From contig CAZSNF010000007.1 in the NCBI GenBank assembly GCA_964608315.1, forward strand, positions 5,508-69,507: a DNA stretch of 64,000 nt, in the 5' to 3' direction. The position numbers and the translations under genes were made by a program. The notes under the pieces are model-generated. The model was not told the DNA's origin and ran no database searches. It worked only from the letters and a program-made list of their open reading frames with translations. The DNA comes from an uncultured Rhodothermales bacterium. GTDB taxonomy: Bacteria; Bacteroidota; Rhodothermia; Rhodothermales; VXPQ01. Positions 22,928 through 31,950 of the stretch are shown piece by piece (the stretch's first letter is position 1; each line of letters starts with the position of its first letter).

Positions 22928-23843
22928 TCCAGTATCTCCACCCGCGTCCGCGGTGTCCGAAATCGAAGCGCCCCGGATGCAGGAACTCCGACAGAATCTC
23001 GGCCGATTCCACCATGCGGGGTCCGGGGCGATTGAAGAAGTGATTCCCGTCCGTCATGACCACGCGCCCTTGCTGGACGGCGGATAATGTTTTCCATAAC
23101 GGGTGCGTCGCCAGCGGCGCCATTTCCCGGAAGGACCGCTCAATGCCGAAACCGCACGGCATGATTGCGACCACGTCCGGATCGGCTTCGGCGAGTTGTT
23201 CGATATCGAAATACCCGGAGTGCTTGCCGGGCTCGCCAAAGAGGTTTGCTCCGCCTGCGCATTCGACCAGTTCCGGCACCCAGTTGCCCGCGCTCATCAG
23301 CGGGTCGATCCATTCGATGCATGCGATGGAAGGGCGGCTTTCGGCCGAGGCCGTTTCGGCGCGAAGCGCTTCGAGCCGGTCCGTGAGGTGCGCCACGAGG
23401 TCGTCTCCCCGCGCCGGATCGCCGAGGCTTGAAGCGACGAGTCGTATGTCCTTCCATACGTCGATCAGGGCCATGGGTTCGAGCGAGACGATTCGGGGGT
23501 TGGAGTCCACGAGTTCGCACACCGCCTTTTCCACGTCCTTCAGGCTTACGGCGCAGACTTCGCACTGGGCTTGCGTGATAATGACGGTTGGCGCGAGGCG
23601 GTCGAGGAGTTCGGTATCCACGCGATACGCGGACAGGCCGTCGGCCACGATCATCCGCACCTGGTCGTCGATGGTCCGGCTGTCGGCTTCGACTTCGATT
23701 TTGGAGGCCGAGCAGATCGGGAGCGCGTGAACCGAGGACGGATAATCGCATTCGTGGGACCGGCCCACGAGCTGATCCTCAAGGCCCAGGGCGCACACGA
23801 TTTCCGTGGCGCTGGCGATGAGGGTTACGATGCGATGCGTCAT
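22908..23843 (-). CDS. Cobalamin/Fe3+-siderophore-type (BtuF/FhuD-like) binding protein, no obvious signal peptide
   Basis: 311 aa. The MTHRIVTLIASATEIVCALGLEDQLVGRSHECDYP N-terminus is typical of this periplasmic-binding-protein family. Confidence 0.75.
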   Translation of the reverse strand: MTHRIVTLIASATEIVCALGLEDQLVGRSHECDYPSSVHALPICSASKIEVEADSRTIDDQVRMIVADGLSAYRVDTELLDRLAPTVIITQAQCEVCAVSLKDVEKAVCELVDSNPRIVSLEPMALIDVWKDIRLVASSLGDPARGDDLVAHLTDRLEALRAETASAESRPSIACIEWIDPLMSAGNWVPELVECAGGANLFGEPGKHSGYFDIEQLAEADPDVVAIMPCGFGIERSFREMAPLATHPLWKTLSAVQQGRVVMTDGNHFFNRPGPRMVESAEILSEFLHPGRFDFGHRGRGWRYWNGHEHV

Positions 23844-24088
23844 GGCGCCGGGGTGCGGAACGAAGTCGCCGCGTCTGGGTCGGGGGAAAGAGAACCGGTT
23901 TTGGAAGATAGGTTTTCGGCGCGTCGTACGCTGCCGGATTGCGGCGCGAGGCGGCGAATCCCTCTGAACTTTTCGGGGTTTCCGGCATTGAGTGTGAAAC
24001 GGACGGCGGGAAGGCGGATATTCGGGACAGGGTTTGGCTTCGCGTCGCCGGAGGTTTACGATATTTCGCAGGGCTATTCGATCAGGAT

Positions 24089-24196
24089 ATGGACAAGGTT
24101 TTCATCTACTGGGACAACTCGAACGTTTTCATCAGCGCTCAGGCTGTGGCTTCCGAGCGCGAGGGACCGTCGGCGCCAGCGCGCACCGGAGCATGA
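24089..24196 (+). CDS. 35-codon upstream ORF coupled to fic (MDKVFIYWDNSNVFISAQAVASEREGPSAPARTGA)
   Basis: ATG at 24089. Its TGA overlaps the fic ATG (ATGA at 24193-24196). The first ~15 aa resemble the start of NYN/LabA-type domains, so it may be a gene remnant. Confidence 0.25.
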   Translation: MDKVFIYWDNSNVFISAQAVASEREGPSAPARTGA

Positions 24197-25674
24197 GCGA
24201 ACTGGAAATCAGACATATCTGGAATCCTTCGACGGGCGTTACGGGTCTGGAGGGGGGTACGGAAAGGCTCGCCGCCACGGAAATTTCGGGTATCAGGGCA
24301 GTATGGGAGGATCAGCGTACGCTTTTGCAGGGGACGAAACTGCTTCACGATTTCAACGAACGGCTTGGCCGGGAGTGGGCGATCGAGACGGGGGTCATCG
24401 AAAATCTGTACGAGGTAGAGCGGGGGGTAACGCAAACGCTTATCGAACAAGGCTTCCGGGCCGAGTTGTTGACGCACGGTTCGACGAATCGTCCGAGGGA
24501 GTTTGTTCTGAAGTTACTGGCCGACCAGAAAAGCGTGCTTGACGGCGTATTCGATTTCGTCAAAAGCGAACGCGCATTGTCGACCTCCTGGATCAGGGAG
24601 CTTCACGCGGTGCTGCTGCGGAGTCAGGAAGTTACGGAGGGCGTCGACAGTTTCGGTCGGGACGTGGAAATATCCCTGATCAAGGGCGACTGGAAAAAGT
24701 TGCCGAATTCGCCGGTTCGGGACGGGGTGCTTTACGAATATTGCCCTCCCGAACAGGTTGCGTCCGAGATGGACAGACTGGTTGCGATGCATGCGGAGCA
24801 CGGTGCGCGAGGAGCGCCGACAGAAGTACAGGCCGCATGGCTGCATCATCGATTTACCCAGATTCATCCGTTTCAGGACGGCAACGGCAGGATTGCGCGC
24901 GCGATCGCATCATTGGTGTTGATCAAGGGCGGGCTGTTTCCCCTGGTCGTGACGCGAGACGACAGGACGAATTATCTGGATGCGCTCGAAGCCGCCGACG
25001 ATGGCGATCTCAAGCCGCTCGTGGATATGATCGCCAGACTTCAGAGAGTTCGGTTTGCGAAAGCAATAGCGATTTCCGAGGCTGTGCGGTCCGAGAAAGC
25101 GGACGAAAGAGAAGCGCTCGCAGGGCTTCTTGAAGCTGTCAATAAGAAAGCTGGCGAAAGAAGAAGGGAATATGCGACAGTGCAGGAACGAGCGGAAGAT
25201 ATTAAGGAGAATCTATATACCCGACTCGAAGAAATTCGCCCCGAGATCAGGAATGCATTGCAGCGGGTCGTGCATTCCGGCAACGCCACTGTTGGGATTG
25301 CGAAGGAAAAAACCGACCATTACTACCGCGCACAGATCATTCAGAATGCAAAAGAGCATCTGAATTACTACGCCAACTTCAGTCAATATCGTTCCTGGGT
25401 ATCGCTGAATATGTGGTGGGAGCGGCAAGCTCGGCTGGTGTTCGCCATCCACGGGATCGGATACGAATTCAGCGGAAGCCTGATCTGTGCGCCTTTTCTC
25501 GAGTTCCGGGACAAGGGAGAAGACGAAGAGACCCGTTCCACGCTGGCGCCGGTGGCAGAGGAAGGGTTCATCTTCTTCCACAATGAAACGAAAAAGGCGA
25601 TGCTTGACCGGTTCCTGCCTTGGCGCAGAAAAGTTATAGGGGTTGCGCTGAAAGAGTTGACGCTGAATCTGTGA
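24193..25674 (+). CDS. Fic-family protein (AMPylase-type), with an internal inhibitory-helix motif
   Basis: Core motif HPFQDGNGRIARA. N-terminal TGVIEN fits (S/T)xxxE(G/N). 493 aa from ATG 24193, with about 200 aa of uncharacterised C-terminal region. Confidence 0.9.
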   Translation: MSELEIRHIWNPSTGVTGLEGGTERLAATEISGIRAVWEDQRTLLQGTKLLHDFNERLGREWAIETGVIENLYEVERGVTQTLIEQGFRAELLTHGSTNRPREFVLKLLADQKSVLDGVFDFVKSERALSTSWIRELHAVLLRSQEVTEGVDSFGRDVEISLIKGDWKKLPNSPVRDGVLYEYCPPEQVASEMDRLVAMHAEHGARGAPTEVQAAWLHHRFTQIHPFQDGNGRIARAIASLVLIKGGLFPLVVTRDDRTNYLDALEAADDGDLKPLVDMIARLQRVRFAKAIAISEAVRSEKADEREALAGLLEAVNKKAGERRREYATVQERAEDIKENLYTRLEEIRPEIRNALQRVVHSGNATVGIAKEKTDHYYRAQIIQNAKEHLNYYANFSQYRSWVSLNMWWERQARLVFAIHGIGYEFSGSLICAPFLEFRDKGEDEETRSTLAPVAEEGFIFFHNETKKAMLDRFLPWRRKVIGVALKELTLNL

Positions 25675-25832
25675 TTGCGGGGGCAGGAATGGAGCAATGA
25701 TTATATCGTTAAGGAACGCGTACTTCTGTAGCAGAAGTGCCGGTTGGGGGGTAACTTGTAAAGATTCGGACTACGCCGCGGTTGCCCCGATCCGGGTTGC
25801 CGCCACGTCGGTCATCAGCTGGAGCCCCTGAA

Positions 25833-28304
25833 ATGCCACGCGATTACAGCAGCCCCCGAATCCTTCGATTCTTCCTCTCCTTTGCGTTCCTCTTCGCCGC
25901 GGTCACGACGGATGTCGCCGCGCAGGAGGGCGCGGACGGATACCAGACGCCGGCCGCCGAACTCGCCGCGCTCGTCGACGCCCCGGCGACCCCGGGGATC
26001 AGCCTGAGCCCCGACGAGTCGGTGATGCTGCTCACGATGCGGCCCAGCCTGCCGTCGATCGCCGAAGTCTCGGCGCCGGAACTGCGGATCGCCGGACTGC
26101 GCATCAACCCGCGCACGAACGGCCCCAGCCGCGCGCGGCCCTCGAACGGTCTCGCGCTTCGCACGCTCGACGGGGAAGAGCGCGCCGTGACCGGCCTGCC
26201 CGAGAATCCGCGCATCCGCAACACACGCTGGTCGCCGAACGGGAGCACGGTGGCTTTTACGCACGACGCCGACTCGGCCGTGCAGCTTTGGATACTGGAC
26301 GTCGCGTCCGCGGCGGCGCGGCGACTGTCGGACCTCGATCTCGTGAACGTGGGCTTCGGGGCTCCGTTCAGTTGGTCGCCGGAAGGAGACTTCCTCTACG
26401 CCATGGCGGCGCCGCCCGGCCGCGGCCCGGCGCCCGCCGAGCCGATGGTTCCGACGGCGCCCATGATCGAGGAGACGTCCGGGGAAGCCGCCCCCGCCCG
26501 CACCTACCAGGACCTGCTGCAGGACCAGCACGATGAGGCGCTCTACGAGTACTACTCGACGGCGCAGCTGGCCCGCGTCGGTCTCGACGGATCGGCGACC
26601 ATGGTGGGCGATCCGTCGATCTTCTCGCGCGCCTCGCCATCGCCGGATGGCGAGCGCCTGCTCGTGCAGACGACCCGACGGCCGTACTCGTACCAGGCGC
26701 CGGCCTTCCGCTTCCCGAGCACGATCGAGGTGTGGGACGCGCAGGGGAACGTGGTCCACGAGGTCGCAGAGCTCCCGCTCCAGGACGGCGTTCCCACGTC
26801 ATTCGGATCGGTCCCGACGGGCGTGCGGTCGATCTCGTGGCGCTCCGACGCGGACGCGACGCTCTATTGGACGGAGGCGCAGGACGGCGGAGACGCTCTT
26901 GCCGAGGCGGACATCCGCGACCGGGTGTTCATGCACGCGGCGCCCTTCTCCGGCGAACCCGTCGCGATCGCGGAGCTCCCGCTTCGCTACGGCGGCGTGA
27001 TGTGGGCGGAGGAGGGGTTCGCCTTCGTGAACGAGAACTGGTTCTCCACCCGCCAGCGGCGCACGTACCGAATCGATCCTGACGCCCCGGGCGAGATGGA
27101 ACTGATCTTCGATCTGCAGACGGAGGACCGGTACAATCACCCCGGTTTCCCGATGTTCGCGACGAACGAGCGCGGCCGGGACATCCTCATGACCGCCGAC
27201 GGGGGGTCTGCGATCTACCTGGCGGGGCAGGGCGCTTCGCCCGAAGGCAACCGCCCCTTCCTCAGAAAGCGGAACCTCGACACGGGAGAGGAAGAGGAAC
27301 TGTTCCGCTCGGAGGCGCCGTACTACGAGGGCGTGGTCACGCTCCTCGAGGATGGGCGGCTGATGACGCGGCGGGAGTCGGTGGACGAGCCCCCGAACTA
27401 CTTCCTGCGCGACCTCGAGCGGGGTACGATCAGCGCCGTGACCGAATTCCCGCACCCGTATCCACAATTCGCCGGCGTCCGCAAGGAGGCGATCCAGTAC
27501 GAGCGCGCGGACGGTATCCCGCTCTCGGCCACACTCTACCTGCCGGCGGGCTATGATCAGGAGCGTGACGGTCCGCTCCCGACCTTCGTGTGGGCGTATC
27601 CGACCGAGTTCAAGAGCGCGGCGGCGGCTGGCCAGCGACGCGACTCGCCCTACCAGTTCACGCGGATTCCCTACAGCGGCGCCGTACCGTACGTGACCCG
27701 GGGCTACGCTGTGCTCGACAACGCGTCGATGCCGGTCATCGGCGAGGGCGACGCGGAACCCAACGACACCTTCCGCGAGCAGCTGGTGGCGAACGCCCGG
27801 GCGGCGGTCGACGAAGGCGTGCGGCGCGGGGTCGTGGATCCGGATCGGGTCGGCGTCGGCGGACATTCCTACGGCGCCTTCATGGCCGGCAACCTGCTCG
27901 CCCACTCCGACATCTTCCGGGCCGGCGTAGCGCGGAGCGGCGCGTACAACCGGACGCTGACGCCGTTCGGCTTCCAGCGGGAGCAGCGGCTCTTCTGGGA
28001 GGACCCCGACCTCTACCTGTACATGTCGCCCTTCATGCACGCGGACAAGGTGAACGAGCCCATCCTGATCATCCACGGCGAGGACGACAACAACTCGGGC
28101 ACCTTCCCCATCCAGTCGCGGCGCTTCTACGCGGCGCTCAAGGGGCTGGGCGCGACGGCGCGGCTTGTCTTTCTGCCGGCCGAGAGCCACGGCTACGCAG
28201 CGCGCGAGTCGGTTCTGCACGTCCTGTGGGAGACCGACCGCTGGCTCGAGATGCACGTGAAACCGGCGAAGCCCGTCACCGCGCCGGACGACGCGGGAAG
28301 CTGA
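25833..28304 (+). CDS. S9 family serine peptidase (prolyl oligopeptidase / DPP-like), secreted
   Basis: Signal-like MPRDYSSPRILRFFLSFAFLFAAVTTDVAAQ. Catalytic Ser motif GGHSYGAFMAG. C-terminal hydrolase fold with the Asp/His region (IHGEDDNN...ESHGY). Confidence 0.9.
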   Translation: MPRDYSSPRILRFFLSFAFLFAAVTTDVAAQEGADGYQTPAAELAALVDAPATPGISLSPDESVMLLTMRPSLPSIAEVSAPELRIAGLRINPRTNGPSRARPSNGLALRTLDGEERAVTGLPENPRIRNTRWSPNGSTVAFTHDADSAVQLWILDVASAAARRLSDLDLVNVGFGAPFSWSPEGDFLYAMAAPPGRGPAPAEPMVPTAPMIEETSGEAAPARTYQDLLQDQHDEALYEYYSTAQLARVGLDGSATMVGDPSIFSRASPSPDGERLLVQTTRRPYSYQAPAFRFPSTIEVWDAQGNVVHEVAELPLQDGVPTSFGSVPTGVRSISWRSDADATLYWTEAQDGGDALAEADIRDRVFMHAAPFSGEPVAIAELPLRYGGVMWAEEGFAFVNENWFSTRQRRTYRIDPDAPGEMELIFDLQTEDRYNHPGFPMFATNERGRDILMTADGGSAIYLAGQGASPEGNRPFLRKRNLDTGEEEELFRSEAPYYEGVVTLLEDGRLMTRRESVDEPPNYFLRDLERGTISAVTEFPHPYPQFAGVRKEAIQYERADGIPLSATLYLPAGYDQERDGPLPTFVWAYPTEFKSAAAAGQRRDSPYQFTRIPYSGAVPYVTRGYAVLDNASMPVIGEGDAEPNDTFREQLVANARAAVDEGVRRGVVDPDRVGVGGHSYGAFMAGNLLAHSDIFRAGVARSGAYNRTLTPFGFQREQRLFWEDPDLYLYMSPFMHADKVNEPILIIHGEDDNNSGTFPIQSRRFYAALKGLGATARLVFLPAESHGYAARESVLHVLWETDRWLEMHVKPAKPVTAPDDAGS

Positions 28305-28474
28305 GCGCCGCCCTGCTGGCGTTCGCCGCCGGGTGGTGGGCTATGTCGAGTTTCCGAAGGAGGTTGGGTTGGGAAGGGAGGGAGAGTGGTGTATCAAGCG
28401 CCCTGAGCGTTTTTTCCGGATGATCCCCGGGAATGGTTGAACGATGCCCGCACCTATTCAAATGCTCGCCCGGG

Positions 28475-29035
28475 TCAGGTCAAATCGCGCAGAAACTGCT
28501 TCAGTGGGTCGAGGGCCGGAGCATTCAGATCCCAGTGCGCAGGGTCGTCATACTTCTTATCCGGGCGCGTTTCTGCCCCGATGGCCTCGCAGTACGCATA
28601 GATTCGCGCCTTGGGATTTGGGGTTATATATGCTTCGTCGAGATCCCCCAAGCAGCTTTTGTACGCGTCGAGGCAATTGTATATCTTTCGATGGGCAGGC
28701 GGGGCTATCTGCTCCAGCAGCGTTTCCAGGCGGCCCGGTTCGTCGTCGTTCGGTAGAAAGAACTCGCATTCGATGGGCAGTTTGAGGCGTGTTTTCTCCT
28801 GTTCAAATTCTTTGCGCCTGTTCTCTGGCTCAGAGTTTGCATCCAGAATGATCGCTACTCGATTTCCTGCATCGCGGCGGCGTTGCATTTCCGGGGCCAT
28901 TGCTTCCAGCTCGCCTATGCCCCCTCCCAGGGGCCGTATCTGTACATTGTTTATGTCCAGGAATCCGAGGAGACACCGGACGAATGCCTTGTCGGACTTG
29001 CCTTCAACGAACACTACCCAGGAACTACCCATCAC
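28475..29035 (-). CDS. Small TOPRIM-like protein (DUF3226/DUF4276/DUF4435-like), partner of the upstream ATPase
   Basis: 186 aa. N-terminal VVFVEGKSDKAFVRCLL (conserved Glu) and AIILDANSE (DxD-like position) match the TOPRIM layout. The ATG overlaps the ATPase stop (ATGA at 29032-29035). Confidence 0.6.
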   Translation of the reverse strand: MMGSSWVVFVEGKSDKAFVRCLLGFLDINNVQIRPLGGGIGELEAMAPEMQRRRDAGNRVAIILDANSEPENRRKEFEQEKTRLKLPIECEFFLPNDDEPGRLETLLEQIAPPAHRKIYNCLDAYKSCLGDLDEAYITPNPKARIYAYCEAIGAETRPDKKYDDPAHWDLNAPALDPLKQFLRDLT

Positions 29036-30165
29036 CTGATCTCTATGCCGTGCCGTATGCAGTGGTCGAATTGTTCGTACTCGTACCGGTAGGGTTGCAC
29101 GAGTCCGTCTTTATCTCGTTGCAGCGCGTAGCAGTTCGTCGTGGCCCGATGCTCGGAGAACGCATCTTCGCGCAGCGCTTGTTGCAGGCTTTCCAATACG
29201 CTGATGCTATGCGTGGTCGCGAACACCTGCATGCCTTGCTCATGCGACAAGGCGAGCAAGGTTTTCAATAAAGACAGTACGGCGGTGTGGTGCAGCCCAT
29301 TTTCCAGTTCGTCGATCAGCAATATCTGCTCTTGTCCGAGAATACACGGGGCGAGAATTGCCGCAGCCCGGACCATGCCGCTGCCGAACATGTTCAGCGG
29401 GATCATCTCGTCGAGGCCTGCATCGGCGTAGGCGGTATTGCCATTGACGGCTATATCGGTGATTCGCGGGTTGATGATCTGCAGGAATTTGACGAGCGTT
29501 TCTGCTTTTTTTTGAACGATCACATTGCCAATCACGTCGCTTGCATAGCCGGACGCCGCCATAACATATATAGTGCTCATTGTTTGTTTGCTTACCGGAT
29601 TCAATGGCTCAGCGAACTGGATGTTGTCGCCGGTTACCACCCGGATCGCATTAGAAAACGACCGACGCGTTCCCTGTCGAGGTTTCACGATGGCGTCATA
29701 CCGCAGCACTCGGGGGCCGGCGGAAACTGAGGAAGAGGATGGATCGTCAGCTTGTCCGGCGCTTCCTGTTCCTTGCGCACTGCCGTTGCCGCCGTTCGCC
29801 ATGTGTTGCTTTCCAATGTCTATCTCGATTTTTTCCTGCTCTGCCGAGAGTTTCAACTCCTGAAATTCGACATCGCCCCGGGAATGGGCCGCCAATCTGA
29901 CCGGCGTATCGATGTCCAGATCGTGAAAGAAAAGGGCCAAATCGTCGAAGTCGTTTACGCGGAGATTTCTCCAGTTCTGGATTCTGATAGCCAAGAACGG
30001 ATTGGCGAAACCCAATAACAGGAAAATCGCTTCCAGGACCGATGTTTTACCCACATCGTTCGCGCCCAGCAGCATGTTGAACGTCCCCAACCCCTCCAGT
30101 TCGAGGTGCTCCAGTCCGCGGAAGCCGCTTATCTCGATCTTGTTCACGTGTTGTTTATCTGCCAT
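29032..30165 (-). CDS. ABC/SMC-like AAA_15/AAA_21-type ATPase
   Basis: Probable start ATG 30165 (MADKQHVNKIEISGFRGLEHLELE). Walker A GANDVGKTS, Walker B/D-loop ILLIDELENGLHHT, ATTHS. Confidence 0.8.
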   Translation of the reverse strand: MADKQHVNKIEISGFRGLEHLELEGLGTFNMLLGANDVGKTSVLEAIFLLLGFANPFLAIRIQNWRNLRVNDFDDLALFFHDLDIDTPVRLAAHSRGDVEFQELKLSAEQEKIEIDIGKQHMANGGNGSAQGTGSAGQADDPSSSSVSAGPRVLRYDAIVKPRQGTRRSFSNAIRVVTGDNIQFAEPLNPVSKQTMSTIYVMAASGYASDVIGNVIVQKKAETLVKFLQIINPRITDIAVNGNTAYADAGLDEMIPLNMFGSGMVRAAAILAPCILGQEQILLIDELENGLHHTAVLSLLKTLLALSHEQGMQVFATTHSISVLESLQQALREDAFSEHRATTNCYALQRDKDGLVQPYRYEYEQFDHCIRHGIEIR

Positions 30166-30302
30166 GGGGCGCCTTCTGGTTGCCGCGGCGGAGGCGGTCT
30201 GTGACTGCAAGGATTCGTGCGCCGGACGCAGTGCGCATGCGTTGAGGCTATTATACGGACAGCGCACTGGATCGTTGCATAAGTTCCAATGCGCCCCGCA
30301 CC

Positions 30303-31508
30303 CTACTCCACCCTGAACGGGACGGATAATTCTGTTTCGCCCCACTGTAGTTTGAGTACGCCGCCTTCCTCTGTTTCCTCGACAAGGATGGCGAAGACTT
30401 CGACCGATTCGTCGAGGGCGGTCCGGGTCAGGTCGACGCGGCCCAGGTCGAGGTCCGCATTGTAGGTCGTGCCGCCCTGGCCCGTCTGCGTGTTGACGAG
30501 CAGCAGGCCGCCTTCTTCGGAGGGAATGGCGTAGAGGGTGTATTCGCCGGCGGGCATTTCGAGGTCGCGGACGACGAGGTTGCGGTCCGTGGTAAAGTGC
30601 GTGGCCCGGTTGGCGCCGGTCCGCCAGACTTCGCCATACGGCACCAGCGCGCCGAAGAGTTCCCTGCCCCGCTTCGAGGGCGTACCATAGTCTACCTGGA
30701 TGGCCGCGCCGTGTACGGTGGCGTTGACCTCGCCCCGGCCCGACAGGGCGCCGAACGAACGGCCTTCCCGGTCCCGCGCGGCGAAAGACGCCGCCAGCCC
30801 CTCGATGTCTACCGACGGTACCCGTTCGACGGTCAGTTTGCGCGTAGTGGCTCCGGCGTCGAGATGGAGTAGCCGCCCCGAATCGTCTACCCGAACGTCC
30901 ATCGTACCCCGGAAGGGATGCTGCACGGTCATGGCGCTGTCCGAAGCGCGGCGAATAACGAAGGGCATGATGCGTTGCCCGGCGAAGAGGTCCTGCGTGA
31001 CGCTGTCGGCGCCGGAAGCGTAGGCGCGGGCAAGCATCAGTTCGAAGGGCCAGTGGATCATGTCCAGAAAGGGCAGGACTCCGCCGTGCGCGGCGATGGC
31101 GAATCGAGTGAAAGTGGGATTGTCTTCGCCTCCTTCTGTAATGACGGTGATCAGGCTGTCGCCCGCAAGGGTTGCATGCCCAACCGTCAACACCGAAGTA
31201 TCGGCAGGGCTGGAAGGGTCAGAAACAATTGCCCAGTATTGTTGCAATGCGCCGGTTTCGTCCAGTTCCAGTACGTATTCGCGCATGGTGGTAGTGGGCG
31301 TACGCAGCGCCACATCGGCTTCCATCCCGGTGGGCGTTCGCGTGAACTGCTCCACGGCGAGCGTATCGCTGCCCAGCATGGTTATGAAGGCGGCGTTGTT
31401 CGGGTCGTCGTCCTGAGCCGAGTTGGAGGGGCTTCCGCAGGACAGCAGCGTCAGGGGGATCAGGAGGGTGAGCGCGATGGCCTGGAGCTGGCGAGGCGGT
31501 CTGGTCAT
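30303..31508 (-). CDS. DUF2911-like lipoprotein
   Basis: Lipobox LTLLSCGS. C-terminal YGEVWRTGANRATHFTTDRNLVV..AGEYTLYAIP is recalled from DUF2911 proteins. Confidence 0.7.
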   Translation of the reverse strand: MTRPPRQLQAIALTLLIPLTLLSCGSPSNSAQDDDPNNAAFITMLGSDTLAVEQFTRTPTGMEADVALRTPTTTMREYVLELDETGALQQYWAIVSDPSSPADTSVLTVGHATLAGDSLITVITEGGEDNPTFTRFAIAAHGGVLPFLDMIHWPFELMLARAYASGADSVTQDLFAGQRIMPFVIRRASDSAMTVQHPFRGTMDVRVDDSGRLLHLDAGATTRKLTVERVPSVDIEGLAASFAARDREGRSFGALSGRGEVNATVHGAAIQVDYGTPSKRGRELFGALVPYGEVWRTGANRATHFTTDRNLVVRDLEMPAGEYTLYAIPSEEGGLLLVNTQTGQGGTTYNADLDLGRVDLTRTALDESVEVFAILVEETEEGGVLKLQWGETELSVPFRVE

Positions 31509-31724
31509 GGATGATTTTGGGGTTGAGCAGGCATCGAACGTGCGGAAGCAAGCAAACTCCTGAGGGGTGAGGGGGTTCGGCGGCGGATTTTGTGTCGATG
31601 AGAAAGGTCTCGTTGGTTTATTACGGAGAGATTCGTCTGGCTACGGAACGGAAGGAATGAAGAGATCAAGATGCCCCTGTCGCTGAGTCGCTCGACGGCG
31701 AAATGTGTGCGAGGCCGTCCGCAA

Positions 31725-31900
31725 GGCGCGAAGCGCATCGCTGCTTGGACCTGCTACTTTAACGAAGAGCGTCCCGCCAAGGCCTTGACAATCTCACTCC
31801 CGATGACGTACATTACAGACGAAGGCGGCGTAACCCACCGCAACCCTGCATCTGACCCGGCCCTTGAAAACTGTACAGTTTTTCGGAACACTTCTGACAA
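31725..31900 (+). mobile_element. Decayed 3' remnant of an rve/DDE-type transposase gene plus downstream end sequence
   Basis: RIAAWTCYFNEERPAKA in one frame, then LDNLTPDDVHYRRRR in the +1 frame, resembling the W..YN.eRPH.aL..LTP..VY tail of integrase-core transposases. No intact ORF. Homologous to 53994-54123. Confidence 0.45.
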
Positions 31901-31950
31901 ACTATTTTTTTGGTAAGACTTAGCACACGCCTGCTCACTGGATAGGATAA

